Assembly: GCA_965247115.1 (NCBI GenBank)
Contig: CBDFGR010000003.1
Span: forward strand, 224,001 to 288,000
Origin: Myxococcota bacterium
GTDB lineage: Bacteria > Myxococcota_A > UBA9160 > SZUA-336
Direction of reading: 5' to 3'
Length of the DNA stretch: 64,000 nucleotides
Below, in pieces: positions 1 through 9,507 of the stretch. The position numbers and the translations under genes were made by a program. Each line of letters begins with the position of its first letter. Position 1 is the first letter of the stretch. The notes beneath the pieces were generated by a model. That model saw only the letters and a program-made list of their open reading frames with translations, did not search any database and had not been told where the DNA came from.

Positions 1-233
1 GCTGGCACGAGGAGCTTCCGGAGAAGGTCGGAGACGTCAACCTCTTCATCTCGGAGTGCGTATTCTACGAGGAGAGGTTCCCGTTCCACCTCAGCCACGA
101 GCGCTTGGCGCAGCATCGCGACCGCTTCCGCTGCGACTCGACCATCCTCACGCACATCGGCAGCGAGGTACTCGCCGAGCTCGACCGGGTCCAGTTCGAC
201 ACCTCCGAAGACGGCTCCCGCATCTCTCTCTAG
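1..233 (+). CDS. MBL-fold metallo-hydrolase (RNase Z/BN-like), 3' part only
   Basis: Frame from base 3 reads WHEELPEKVGDVNLFISECVFYEERFPFHLSH...ILTHIG...RISL to TAG at 231-233; resembles the C-terminal E, H and TH motifs of RNase Z-type MBL proteins. Confidence 0.6.
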   Translation, partial: WHEELPEKVGDVNLFISECVFYEERFPFHLSHERLAQHRDRFRCDSTILTHIGSEVLAELDRVQFDTSEDGSRISL

Positions 234-736
234 TGGGACCCCCCGTCTTGTGGGACCCGGCCCGTCTTGCGGGACCCGGCCCGCGGGCGTCCGCGGGCCA
301 CCCACCTCCGCTCAGGGCTTCGCCCTTCGCTGCGCGCGCCGCTTCTGCGGCGCTTGCATGGGTGCCAAGCCCCGTAGGAATCCGAACTTGGGGAATCCGA
401 ACTTGGGGACGGTCCTTAATCCGAACTTGTTTGGCCGAAGTCGGAACTTCTGGTCACTGAGGTGGGACTCTTGGGGCAACATCTGGTCATCTAGGCGTCG
501 CTGCGGTCGTCTCACACGGATTAAGTTCGGATTGAGGACCGTCCCCAAGTTCAGGTTTCTCGGCGAGATCTCTCCCTCTGGGCACGACGACTGGTTGATG
601 TACCGGCAACCTGCAAGCGCCGCGAATGCGGCGCGCGCAGCGAAGGGCGAAGCCCTGAGCGGAGGCGGGTGGCCGTCAGCGGCCCGCGGGTCGCTGACCC
701 GCGGGAGGACCGCTCGCGCGCCGGGTCCCGCAAGGC
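233..736. repeat. Nested inverted-repeat element (REP/REPIN-like) between convergent genes
   Basis: Outer ~90-bp arms at ~267-358 and ~612-735 in inverted orientation; inner 30-bp inverted repeat at 399-428 and 523-552 (1 mismatch); AATCCGAACTTG three times; ~19-bp tandem units at 233-280. Confidence 0.85.
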
Positions 737-738
737 TG

Positions 739-1881
739 TCAGAACGAGGGGGGGGTGGCGGTTCCGAGTACGACGGCTCGCGCGGCGCCCGTAGCGCTTG
801 GGAGGTTCGAAGCGACTCCATTTCTCGCGCACCAGCCGAGGGCGGCGAAGGCCATGGCCTCGAGGGCATCGCCGGGAATGCCATGGGAGTCTGTGGTATC
901 CACACTCGCGGGTACGAGCTCGCGTCGGAGCCCCTCCATGAGCACGGGATTGTGGGCGCCGCCCCCATACACGAACCAGCGTTCAGGCGGGACGGGGAAG
1001 AAGCGGCGGGCCGCGTCGACAACACTCTCGACAGTGAGCGCAGCACACGTCGCCGCCACGTCATCGGGTCCCGCACCCCGCGCGAGCATGGCATCACGGC
1101 TGCGCTCGAAGCGCTCGGCCGAGAAGTACTCGTGACCCGTGCTCTTTGGCGGGGGCGCGGAGAAGTATGGGTCGGCGAGCAGCTCCTGCAGCAGCGTGCG
1201 CTCGATCGTCCCGCGTGCACAGCGCTTGCCGTCGCGATCGAAGCGCTCGACTCCACCCGACGACCAGCGTACCGCGCGATCGATCCAGGCATTGCCCGGA
1301 CCGGGGTCGAACGCGATCACCGGCTCGCACACATCGGCCGGGAGGAAGCTCACGTTCGTGAAGCCGCCAATATTCAGCACTGCCCGTGCCTGTCCCGACT
1401 TGGCAAAGCGTGCGCGGTGGAAGAACGGCGTCAACGGCGCGCCCTGGCCGCCGACCGCCAGGTCCGAGCGGCGGAAGTCCGCGACGACGGGAATGCCCGT
1501 CCGCGCGTGGATGACAGCCGGCGAGCCGAGCTGGAGGGTCCCGCCTACCTCAGGATAGTGGGCAACGGTCTGCCCGTGGGAGCCGACTCCCTCGACATCA
1601 GAAGGGGATACGCCCGCCGTCTGAGTGAGGTCGAGGACCGCAGCCGCGAAACACTCGCCCAGCTCGTTGTCGAGCTGGATCAGCTCCCGCAAGCAGACGT
1701 CCTGCTGCGCCACTGCGTGAATGCGCTCGCGGAGTCCGTCGGTCAGCGGAAAGTCCTGGAACGCGACTAGCTCGAGTCCAGCAAGCCCGTCCGGCAGCCC
1801 GGCAAGCCCGTCCGGAATCCGCACGAGCGCCGCATCCACTGCATCTGCCGAGGTTCCGGAGATGAGCCCGATCCAGAGCAC
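739..1881 (-). CDS. anmK: Anhydro-N-acetylmuramic acid kinase
   Basis: GLISGTSADAVD, GSHGQTVAH, DFRRSDLAVGGQGAPLTP, LNIGGFTN, FDPGPGN, PKSTG and GGGAHN motifs. Confidence 0.95.
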   Translation of the reverse strand: MLWIGLISGTSADAVDAALVRIPDGLAGLPDGLAGLELVAFQDFPLTDGLRERIHAVAQQDVCLRELIQLDNELGECFAAAVLDLTQTAGVSPSDVEGVGSHGQTVAHYPEVGGTLQLGSPAVIHARTGIPVVADFRRSDLAVGGQGAPLTPFFHRARFAKSGQARAVLNIGGFTNVSFLPADVCEPVIAFDPGPGNAWIDRAVRWSSGGVERFDRDGKRCARGTIERTLLQELLADPYFSAPPPKSTGHEYFSAERFERSRDAMLARGAGPDDVAATCAALTVESVVDAARRFFPVPPERWFVYGGGAHNPVLMEGLRRELVPASVDTTDSHGIPGDALEAMAFAALGWCARNGVASNLPSATGAARAVVLGTATPPSF

Positions 1882-1941
1882 AATGGAAGGCTAGCTCATC
1901 GCTCGCTGGTAGGGAGGCTCGCAGGTGCGTGCCCGACGGCT

Positions 1942-2295
1942 CTAGCGCTCGGAAGAGCAGAACTCGCGCAGCGCTTCGCGGGACTCCTCGCTGAGACCGA
2001 GCAGGCGAACGCCCATCCCGGCGCAGGGCCGGTCCTTGCCCGCGCAACGGCGCTGCCAGCGCACCTCTGCGTCGCAATCCAGGGGCTCTGGCTGACCTCG
2101 TACGTGGACGCGCAGCCGCAGCGGCGCACCAGCGGAGCGTATGTTCATGGATTGGATGAAGAGTCCGGTCTCGGAGACGCTGTCCGCATAGCCGAGAAAG
2201 CGCGGCCGCGTGAGCAGCCCAGACGGCGGCGCAAGCTCGACCCGAAGTGGACGGCGCAAGGTGCGTCGGGGCGCAGAAGACTGTTGCAGTTCCAT
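1942..2295 (-). CDS. Stand-alone PilZ-domain protein
   Basis: RRTLR (RxxxR) and SVSETGLFI motifs, AEVRW...GMGVR; ATG at 2295. Confidence 0.8.
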   Translation of the reverse strand: MELQQSSAPRRTLRRPLRVELAPPSGLLTRPRFLGYADSVSETGLFIQSMNIRSAGAPLRLRVHVRGQPEPLDCDAEVRWQRRCAGKDRPCAGMGVRLLGLSEESREALREFCSSER

Positions 2296-2302
2296 CGCCA
2301 AG

Positions 2303-2330
2303 AGATCGGACGCAGTGGTTTTCGGCTTGA
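2303..2330 (-). promoter_or_regulatory. Putative sigma-28-type promoter, leaderless, for the PilZ gene
   Basis: Minus strand TCAAG(2330-2326)-N16-CCGAT(2309-2305), then 9 nt to the ATG at 2295. Confidence 0.6.
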
Positions 2331-2350
2331 ACCCTTCTGCCTGCTTTCGA

Positions 2351-2380
2351 TTGACAATTGCTCGGAGGCCCTTGTAACGT
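2351..2380 (+). promoter_or_regulatory. Putative sigma-70 promoter for the GT/methyltransferase operon
   Basis: TTGACA-N18-TAACGT, 9 nt before the ATG at 2390. Confidence 0.55.
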
Positions 2381-2389
2381 CGCGCCGTC

Positions 2390-2692
2390 ATGCCCGATCG
2401 CGTCGATGAGCGCAGCAGGATTCTGGGAGGGCTCGTCTGTCTTGGAGCGGTCGCCGGGGGTGCGCTGTTCCTGTACGGCGTCGTCATCGAGAGCTACTGG
2501 GCTCTGGCCATCCCCGTTGCAGCTCTGCTCCTGTTCGTACTGGGGCTGGTGTTCTGGATCGGCTGGACCATCGCGACGGTTCAGGTGGAGGCTGAGGGCG
2601 AGCCTCTGGGCAGCGGCGGTGCAGGCGGGGCCACGCGACCCGACACACCAGCAGAGACTCCGGAGCCAGACCGAGCCGAGCACGACACGTAG
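2390..2692 (+). CDS. Small membrane protein with two TM segments
   Basis: Two hydrophobic stretches and an acidic tail; first gene of the operon. Confidence 0.7.
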   Translation: MPDRVDERSRILGGLVCLGAVAGGALFLYGVVIESYWALAIPVAALLLFVLGLVFWIGWTIATVQVEAEGEPLGSGGAGGATRPDTPAETPEPDRAEHDT

Positions 2693-2698
2693 CCCAGG

Positions 2699-3946
2699 AT
2701 GCGGATCGCCCTCCTGACGTATCGGGGCAACATGTTCTGCGGTGGCCAGGGCATCTACACCGCGAACCTCGCCCGCGAGCTCCACGCGCTCGGTCACGAG
2801 GTGCACATGATCTCCGGGCCACCGCTGCCCGAGCTCGAGCCAGACATTCCGCTCCACGAGATCCCGAACGGCAACTACTTCGCGCGCGACGTGGAGGAGC
2901 TGATGGAGGGACCGGACCCCTTCCACGCGCTGCTGCCCTCGAACCTGTGGGAGCTCGGCCTGACACGCCTGGGGGTCTTTCCGGAAATGACCGCGTTCGG
3001 GTTTCGCCTGCTGCTGCGCTGGAGAGCGCTGCAACGCCGCTATCAGTTCGACGTCGTTCTCGACAACCAGTCGCTCTCCTGGGGCCTGCTGGGCCTGCAG
3101 GCGACGGGCGTGCCCGTCGCGGCCATGGTCCATCACCCGCTCCACATCGACCGCCTGTCTGACTTCGAGCTCGAGCCGACCTTCCGCCGCAAGTGGAAGA
3201 GGACTCTCTACTTCCCGCTCTTCATGCAAGAGCTCGTCGTGCCGCGTCTGGCTCGGATCCTGACTGTGTCCCATGCCTCCGCGAACGAGATCGAGCGCTA
3301 CTTCCACATCCCGCGCAAGGAGATCTCCGTCGTCTACAACGGAACAGACGCGGAGACCTTCCGTCCGGTCCCCACCGGCAAGGAGGCCGACCTGATCTTC
3401 GTCGGACGCACGGAGGATCGCAAGAAGGGGATCCCGTACCTGCTTGACGCACTCGCCCTCGTGCCCGACCACGTCACGCTCAAGATCGTCGACGGGCGAA
3501 TCCCCTCGGACGGACTCGTTCGGACCAAGATCGAGGAGCTGGGGCTCGAGAAGCGCATCACGATCGTCGACCGCATGCTCGAAGTCGACGAGCTCGTCCG
3601 CGAGTACGCGACGGCCCGGGTCGCCCTGGTGCCCTCGTTCTTCGAAGGCTTCGGCTTTCCCGCCTCGGAGGCGATGGCCTGCGGCCTGCCAGTCATCGCG
3701 ACGGACGGCGGGGCGCTTCCAGAAGTCGTTGGAACGAGCGGCGAGACCGGCCGCATGGTCCCGTTCCGAGACCCCCCTGCGCTCGCCGCTGCCATTCGCG
3801 AGCTGTGCGCAAAATCCGACGACGACCTCGCAGCAATGGGTCGCCGCGCCCGCCGGCGCGTGCAGAGCACGTTTCGCTGGCGCGAGACCGCGCGCCAGAC
3901 GGCTCTAGTCCTGGAGGAGGTCGTGCGTGCTCACGGTCGACCTTGA
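2699..3946 (+). CDS. Glycosyltransferase family 4
   Basis: MRIALLTYRGNMFCGGQGIY N-terminus; EGFGFPASE (EX7E) motif. Confidence 0.92.
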   Translation: MRIALLTYRGNMFCGGQGIYTANLARELHALGHEVHMISGPPLPELEPDIPLHEIPNGNYFARDVEELMEGPDPFHALLPSNLWELGLTRLGVFPEMTAFGFRLLLRWRALQRRYQFDVVLDNQSLSWGLLGLQATGVPVAAMVHHPLHIDRLSDFELEPTFRRKWKRTLYFPLFMQELVVPRLARILTVSHASANEIERYFHIPRKEISVVYNGTDAETFRPVPTGKEADLIFVGRTEDRKKGIPYLLDALALVPDHVTLKIVDGRIPSDGLVRTKIEELGLEKRITIVDRMLEVDELVREYATARVALVPSFFEGFGFPASEAMACGLPVIATDGGALPEVVGTSGETGRMVPFRDPPALAAAIRELCAKSDDDLAAMGRRARRRVQSTFRWRETARQTALVLEEVVRAHGRP

Positions 3947-4637
3947 GCGGCTGGGAGTCCGAGAGGGAGACTGGCTGCTCGATGCCGGCTGCGGTGGCGG
4001 ACGCCACTGCTTCGGCGCGATCGACCGAGGAGCAAACGTCATCGGCGTGGACCTGGACGCGGAAGGACTCGGACTCGCACGCGCGGGGATCCACGAGCGG
4101 CGCGGGGTCACGCCGGAGCCGCATGGGGGAGTGCTGCGCGGCGACGTCTTCCACCTACCCTTCGACGACGCAGCGTTCGACCGTGTGATCTGCTCGGAGG
4201 TCATGGAGCACGTGCACGACTACCGCTCCGCCGTGGAGGAGCTCGTCCGTGTGCTCCGCCGCGGCGGGACGATCGGCATCACCATTCCGACGGCACCGAC
4301 CGAGCACGCCTATCTGTGGCTAACACGCTTCTACTTCGAGAGCCCAGGCGGACACATCCGGATCTTCCGGCCGCGCGATCTTGCGCTGGCGATGTCGCGC
4401 GCGGGCCTGCAGGTCGACGGCGTGAGCTTTGCGCACTCGCTCCACTCGCCCTACTGGGCCATCCGTGCGGTCCTTGGCCTGGATAACGAGTCGCTTGCGC
4501 CCACGCGCGCCTACCGCCGGTTCTTGCTGCACGCTGGCCAGTCCAGAACCTGGACCAGGATCGAGCGAGCGCTCGACTGGGTCTTCCCGAAGAGCTTGAT
4601 CCTGTACGGAACGAGGATCGCGACGGGAAGCAGCTGA
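3927..4637 (+). CDS. Class I SAM-dependent methyltransferase
   Basis: LLDAGCGGG motif I; LPFDDAAFDRVICSEVMEHV. Confidence 0.9.
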   Translation: MLTVDLERLGVREGDWLLDAGCGGGRHCFGAIDRGANVIGVDLDAEGLGLARAGIHERRGVTPEPHGGVLRGDVFHLPFDDAAFDRVICSEVMEHVHDYRSAVEELVRVLRRGGTIGITIPTAPTEHAYLWLTRFYFESPGGHIRIFRPRDLALAMSRAGLQVDGVSFAHSLHSPYWAIRAVLGLDNESLAPTRAYRRFLLHAGQSRTWTRIERALDWVFPKSLILYGTRIATGSS

Positions 4638-5890
4638 TGCGGGTCGCACTCGTCTGCTATCGCGGGAACATGGCGAGCGGTGGGCAGGGCATCTACCTGA
4701 CCTCACTGACGCGAGCTCTGGCAGAGCGCGGCGCCGAGATCGATGTCTTCGTTGGGCCCCCTTACCCCGACCCCCTGCCCTGGGCGCGCGTCTTCCGCCT
4801 GGAGAACCAGCGGTTCTGGGGGGCACGCTTTCGCAAGGAGCGCGACGCCTTTCTCCCCCGTCCCGACCCGTTCCGGATCTTCCACCCGCTGAACTTCTAC
4901 GAGTACGCGGTGACGCGCTTCGGGTATCTGCCGGAGCTCTTCGCGTTCAGTCTGCGCGCCGCCGCTGCACTCACGAGAGAGCTCAGATCGGGCCGACGCT
5001 ACGCGCTCGTACACGACGTGCAGTCGCTGGGCTATGGGCTGCTCTGGCTTCGGGCTCTCGGGCTCCCGGTCGTGAGCACGATTCACCACCCTCTCAGCGT
5101 CGATCGTACGATGAGCCTGAGACGCGACACGGGCTTCTCCGAGCGGAAGGGCACGCTGGCCTTCTATCCAGTGCGCACCCAGGCGCGCGTGGCACGACGG
5201 CTGGACGGGATCATCACCTCGAGCGCTGCCTCCTCCGAGCAGATCGCCCTCGGGTTCGGCGTGTCTCCCGCACGCATTCACAACGTGTTGAACGGTGTGG
5301 ACCTGCCGCGGCCGCGTCGCCCCCGAGGCCGCGCGGCGAGACCTGAGCTGCTCTTTGTCGGGCGAGCGAGCGATCCGAACAAGGGCCTCGAGTATCTGCT
5401 GTCCGCGCTGGCGCTCCTGCCCCGCGACGTGACGCTGCGGGTCCTCGACGGCTACCCAGCCGAGACGCCGATGGAGGCTCAGATCCGCGCGCTTCGTCTT
5501 GGCGACCGGGTGCGGTTCGAAGGGAAGCTTCCGCGGGCGAGTCTCGAGGAGGCCTTCCGCCGCGCCAGCATCGTCGTGCTGCCCTCGCTCTTCGAGGGCT
5601 TCGGCCTCCCAGCGCTGGAAGCCCTGGCGACCGGAACACCGGTCGTAGCCACGCGCGCCGGCGCCCTTCCCGAGGTCCTGGGCAGCGCAGGCGCCGGAAG
5701 ACTCGTGCCCGCGAGGGATGCCGCCGCCCTGGCAAAGGGAATCGGAGAGACGCTCGAGAGCTGGGACGACGCCCACCGGGACGCGCTCGCCGCGCGCGCG
5801 CGAATCGAGCGTGAGTTCGGCTGGGGCGAGGTCGCCCGGCGCGTGGAAGGGGTCTACGAGTCCATCCTCCGTAGGCGACCAACCCGATGA
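4637..5890 (+). CDS. Glycosyltransferase family 4 (paralog of 2699..3946)
   Basis: MRVALVCYRGNMASGGQGIY; EGFGLPALE. Confidence 0.92.
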   Translation: MRVALVCYRGNMASGGQGIYLTSLTRALAERGAEIDVFVGPPYPDPLPWARVFRLENQRFWGARFRKERDAFLPRPDPFRIFHPLNFYEYAVTRFGYLPELFAFSLRAAAALTRELRSGRRYALVHDVQSLGYGLLWLRALGLPVVSTIHHPLSVDRTMSLRRDTGFSERKGTLAFYPVRTQARVARRLDGIITSSAASSEQIALGFGVSPARIHNVLNGVDLPRPRRPRGRAARPELLFVGRASDPNKGLEYLLSALALLPRDVTLRVLDGYPAETPMEAQIRALRLGDRVRFEGKLPRASLEEAFRRASIVVLPSLFEGFGLPALEALATGTPVVATRAGALPEVLGSAGAGRLVPARDAAALAKGIGETLESWDDAHRDALAARARIEREFGWGEVARRVEGVYESILRRRPTR

Positions 5891-6756
5891 GGGTGATCGA
5901 TCTCGATCGGGATATGTCCGACGTGATCCCCAGTGCGGGCTCTCCCGACTCCGAATACCTGTTTCGACGCATGGAGCAGGCGACCCTGGAGGCGCTCGGT
6001 CCTCACGTGGGCGCCCGGATCCTCGATGCGGCGGGAGGGCTCGGCCAGGACAGTCGCACCCTGGTACGCCGCGGCGCCTGGGCCGTCTGCGCGGAGCCAT
6101 CGCGCCGCATGTCGGCGCTCGGACGCGAGATCGAGCGAGACGCCGAAGGTGTGCTGGGCCACGACACGACTCCCATCGCCTGGGCGCGTACGTGGGGCGA
6201 GAAGCTTCCCTTTCGCAGCGGTATCTTCGACGCCACCTTCTGCAAGGGTGCCCTCGACCACTTCGACGATCCCGAGCGCTGCATCGGCGAGCTTGCCCGC
6301 GTAACGCGCCCGCACGGACGGATCGTGCTCGCCGTCGCGAACTTCGACTCCCTCGCATGCAGGTTGCAGCGCGCGCTGGACAGGCTGCGCCCGGCCGCCG
6401 CCCGCGCAGGTCGCCGTTCCTACCACGTGCCCTCCGATCACTTCACTCGCTACGACACGACACTTCTGCGTGAACAGGCCGCGCGCCATCTCGTCATCGA
6501 GGAGTGGAAGGGCATCTCGCTCCTCTGGGGATTGCGGCCATGGTCGGCGCTGATGGGGGCCCTGGGAACGAGGGCGGCGCGGCTCGTGCTCCACTGGGCC
6601 GATCGAGTCGCGGCGAGGTTCCCCGCTCACTCCGACGTGATCCTCGTCGCGGGCCGGCCGATCCCTATGAGGACTGGCTCGGATTCAGCCCGTGTCTCGT
6701 CAGCTTGCGATACAGCGTGCTCCGGCCGATCCCCAAGAGCCTCGCCGCGGCCTTGA
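5887..6756 (+). CDS. Class I SAM-dependent methyltransferase
   Basis: ILDAAGGLG; LPFRSGIFDATFCKGALDHF; the last ~30 codons overlap the convergent gene, so the 3' end is uncertain. Confidence 0.8.
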   Translation: MRVIDLDRDMSDVIPSAGSPDSEYLFRRMEQATLEALGPHVGARILDAAGGLGQDSRTLVRRGAWAVCAEPSRRMSALGREIERDAEGVLGHDTTPIAWARTWGEKLPFRSGIFDATFCKGALDHFDDPERCIGELARVTRPHGRIVLAVANFDSLACRLQRALDRLRPAAARAGRRSYHVPSDHFTRYDTTLLREQAARHLVIEEWKGISLLWGLRPWSALMGALGTRAARLVLHWADRVAARFPAHSDVILVAGRPIPMRTGSDSARVSSACDTACSGRSPRASPRP

Positions 6757-8041
6757 CGTCTCCATCGACCCGGCTGAGCGCCTCCACCAGACAGGCTCGT
6801 TCGTAGCTCGGCAACGATAGGGGTATCCCTTCGGGAATGACCGCCAGCGGAGCGGAAGAATCCCCCAGCCGCAGATCCGCCTCCGTGAGGCGCGGGCCTC
6901 GCGCCAGGGCTACGGCTGCCTCGATCGCGTTCTCGAGCTCTCGGACGTTGCCATCCCAGCGACAGGCGAGGAGCTTCTCCAGCGCGCCCTGGTCGATGCC
7001 CTCGATCCCGCTGCGCTCGCCCGTACGAGCCAGGAAGTGCTGCGCGAGCAACGCGATGTCCTCCGGTCTCTCGCGCAGGGGCGGAAGCTGAATCGACACG
7101 ACGCGGAGTCGGTAGAAGAGGTCGGAGCGAAAGCGGCCTGTTCGCATGTCGCTCGCCAGGTCGCGATTGGTTGCGGCGACGATCCGGACGTCGATCGGCA
7201 CCACCTCAGTCGCGCCGAGCGGGCGGACCTCGCGCGCCTGAATGGCGCGCAGCAGCTTTGACTGCAGCAAGAGGGCCAGCTCACCGATCTCGTCGAGAAA
7301 CAGGGTTCCGCCGTTCGCGCTGCGGAACAGGCCGAGCGCAGACCGAGCCGCTCCCGTGAAGGCGCCCGCCTCGTAGCCGAATAGCTCGCTTTCAACGAGC
7401 CCCTCGGGCAGCGCTCCACAGTCGACCGGAATGAAGGGTCCGTTCGCGCGGCGCGAAGTCATGTGGATCGCCCGAGCCACGAGCTCTTTGCCCGTACCAC
7501 TCTCCGCCTGAATGAGTACGTTGCTCTCGTTCTGCGACAGGTCACGGATCATGCCCAGCACGGAATCCATCTTCGGGGAGCACGCCACTATGCCCGCAAG
7601 CACGTCTGGCTCCTCGGCCGGGCCAGGTCCGAGGCGACGGCGGCGCCGCTCCAGCGCCCGCCGCAACGCCCTCACGATCTGGCCGGAGTCCTCGGGCTGC
7701 TTCCCCACATAGTCCGACACGCCCGCGTGCCTACACTCGGGCGTGTCGACCGAAGCGTGGCCCGTCAGCACGACGATCTCGGACTTTGGCGAACGGCTTC
7801 GAATCTCGCCGATCAGCTCTGGCCCGGACGAGCGCTCCAGCCCGAGATCGATGAGGACCACTTCGGGCTCGTGCCTGAGCTGCTCGCGGAGAGTCCGGAG
7901 GTCCGAGGCCTCCAGCCCCTCGAGCCCCTCTCCCTCGACCTGCTTCCGCAAGCTGCAAAGGACGTGCGGCTCCTGGTCCACCAGAAGCGCCCGCGCCCGG
8001 CGAGGCCTCGCAGGATCTCGAGCGTGCGACTCGTCGTCCAT
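6665..8041 (-). CDS. Sigma-54-dependent activator (receiver-AAA+-HTH, NtrC family)
   Basis: ESGTGKE, GAFTGA, LFLDEIG, FRSDLFYRL, GNVREL, C-terminal AARLLGIGRSTLYRKL; receiver slightly atypical (VDQE). Confidence 0.93.
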   Translation of the reverse strand: MDDESHARDPARPRRARALLVDQEPHVLCSLRKQVEGEGLEGLEASDLRTLREQLRHEPEVVLIDLGLERSSGPELIGEIRSRSPKSEIVVLTGHASVDTPECRHAGVSDYVGKQPEDSGQIVRALRRALERRRRRLGPGPAEEPDVLAGIVACSPKMDSVLGMIRDLSQNESNVLIQAESGTGKELVARAIHMTSRRANGPFIPVDCGALPEGLVESELFGYEAGAFTGAARSALGLFRSANGGTLFLDEIGELALLLQSKLLRAIQAREVRPLGATEVVPIDVRIVAATNRDLASDMRTGRFRSDLFYRLRVVSIQLPPLRERPEDIALLAQHFLARTGERSGIEGIDQGALEKLLACRWDGNVRELENAIEAAVALARGPRLTEADLRLGDSSAPLAVIPEGIPLSLPSYERACLVEALSRVDGDVKAAARLLGIGRSTLYRKLTRHGLNPSQSS

Positions 8042-8049
8042 CGCCCGGG

Positions 8050-8077
8050 TGATCGGAGGACGCGGGGCGCCGCTTGA
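8050..8077 (-). promoter_or_regulatory. Putative sigma-28-type promoter, leaderless, for the NtrC-like gene
   Basis: Minus strand TCAAG(8077-8073)-N16-CCGAT(8056-8052), then 10 nt to the ATG at 8041. Confidence 0.6.
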
Positions 8078-8125
8078 GGGTCCCTCACCACTAGCCTACA
8101 TTCGAAACCGCTGCTGGGGGGAGGA

Positions 8126-9507
8126 ATGATCCGCGGAACGATTCTGATCGTTGACGACGATGCGTTGTTCCGCGAGGCGCTGACGCGCTATCTGGACGCT
8201 TCCGGCCATGACGTCACCTCCGTGGGAGATCCTCAAAGCGCCGTACAGAAGCTCGAAGAGGGCGCGTTCGAGCTGGTCCTCACCGATCTCAAGATGCCAG
8301 GCATGGACGGCATCGCCCTGATCGAGCGCATCCAGCAGGTTGATCCGGACATCCTCTCGATCGTGATCACGGGCTTCGGCACCACCGATCGCTCGATCGA
8401 GGCCCTCAATCGGGGCGCCTTCTGGTTCATCGACAAGAGCTACGACCGGATCTCGAGCTTTGGCCCGCTCGTGGACAAAGCGCTCGAGTTCCGAAGGCTC
8501 AAAACGTCGAATCGACAGCTCCAACGTCAGCTCCAGGCGAAGTACGGACTGTCCAGCATCATCGGAGAGAGCGAGCCGATCTACCTGATGCTCGACATGA
8601 TTCGAAGGGTCGCGCCGACCGAAGCGCGCGTGCTGATCATTGGTGAGAGCGGTGCGGGCAAGGAGCTGGTCGCTCGCGCAATTCACTACAACAGCGCGCG
8701 CGCCGAGCGTCCCCTGGTCGCCGTCAACTGCGGCGCGGTTCCCGAGGAGCTGCTAGAGAGCGAGCTCTTCGGGCACGTGAAGGGATCCTTCACGGGCGCC
8801 ATTCGTGACCGCGAGGGCCGTTTCCGCGCCGCGGAGGGCGGGACGCTGTTCCTGGACGAGATCGGCGACATGAGCCCGTCGCTGCAGATCAAATTGTTGC
8901 GCGTGATCCAGGAGATGGAGTACGAGCCAGTGGGCTCGTCCAAGACCATGAGCGCCGACGTTCGCATCATCACGGCAACGAACCAGAACCTGCCGGAGCT
9001 GATCAAGGAGAAGCGCTTTCGCCAGGACCTGTACTTCCGCTTGAACGTCGTACCCATCGAGGTACCCCCACTTCGCGAGCGCCGCGAGGATATCTCTCTG
9101 CTGGTCGAGCACTTTCTCAAGCAGCAGCGACGCAGCTATCCGGAGCTGAAGGGCATCGACGCGCCCGCGCTCAAGCGCCTCACGAACTACGACTGGCCGG
9201 GCAACGTGCGCGAGCTCGAAGGTCTGATCGAGCGACTCTCCATCATGCGACGCGAGGGTTGGATCGCAGAAGAGGAGCTGCCGCCGGAGCTGACCGGCAC
9301 AGCGCAGATCAACCGTCGATCACGATTCCTCCCGACGGTGTCGACTTCGAAGGACTCGTGGACAGCTTCGAGTCCGACCTGATCCTCCAAGCCCTGGAAG
9401 CGACGGGCTGGAACAAGAACCGTGCTGCGAAGCTCCTCAACCTGAAGCGAACGACGCTTGTCGAGAAGATCCGCTCGAAGGGCCTTACGAAGCCGCCTGG
9501 CCTCTAG
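8126..9507 (+). pseudogene. Sigma-54-dependent activator (FleQ/FlrA-like HTH), frameshifted near 9295-9315
   Basis: Receiver and AAA+ (GESGAGKE, GSFTGA, GNVREL) in frame 8126..9382; the HTH (ALEATGWNKNRAAKLLNLKRTTLVEKIR) lies in the -1 frame ending at TAG 9505-9507; may be a sequencing indel. Confidence 0.85.

Noticed and set aside
379..552. Mini-CRISPR or iteron array from the AATCCGAACTT repeats
   Set aside because: Irregular, very short spacing, both orientations, and no cas or rep gene
250..1770. Long ORFs such as 250..1770, 1598..3472, 19119..21047, 36223..38013 and 59427..61295
   Set aside because: Antisense or alternate-frame shadows of well-supported genes in high-GC DNA; no motifs
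6665..6756. Functional 92-bp overlap of convergent genes
   Set aside because: The methyltransferase tail is not domain-like; likely stop loss or a harmless extension
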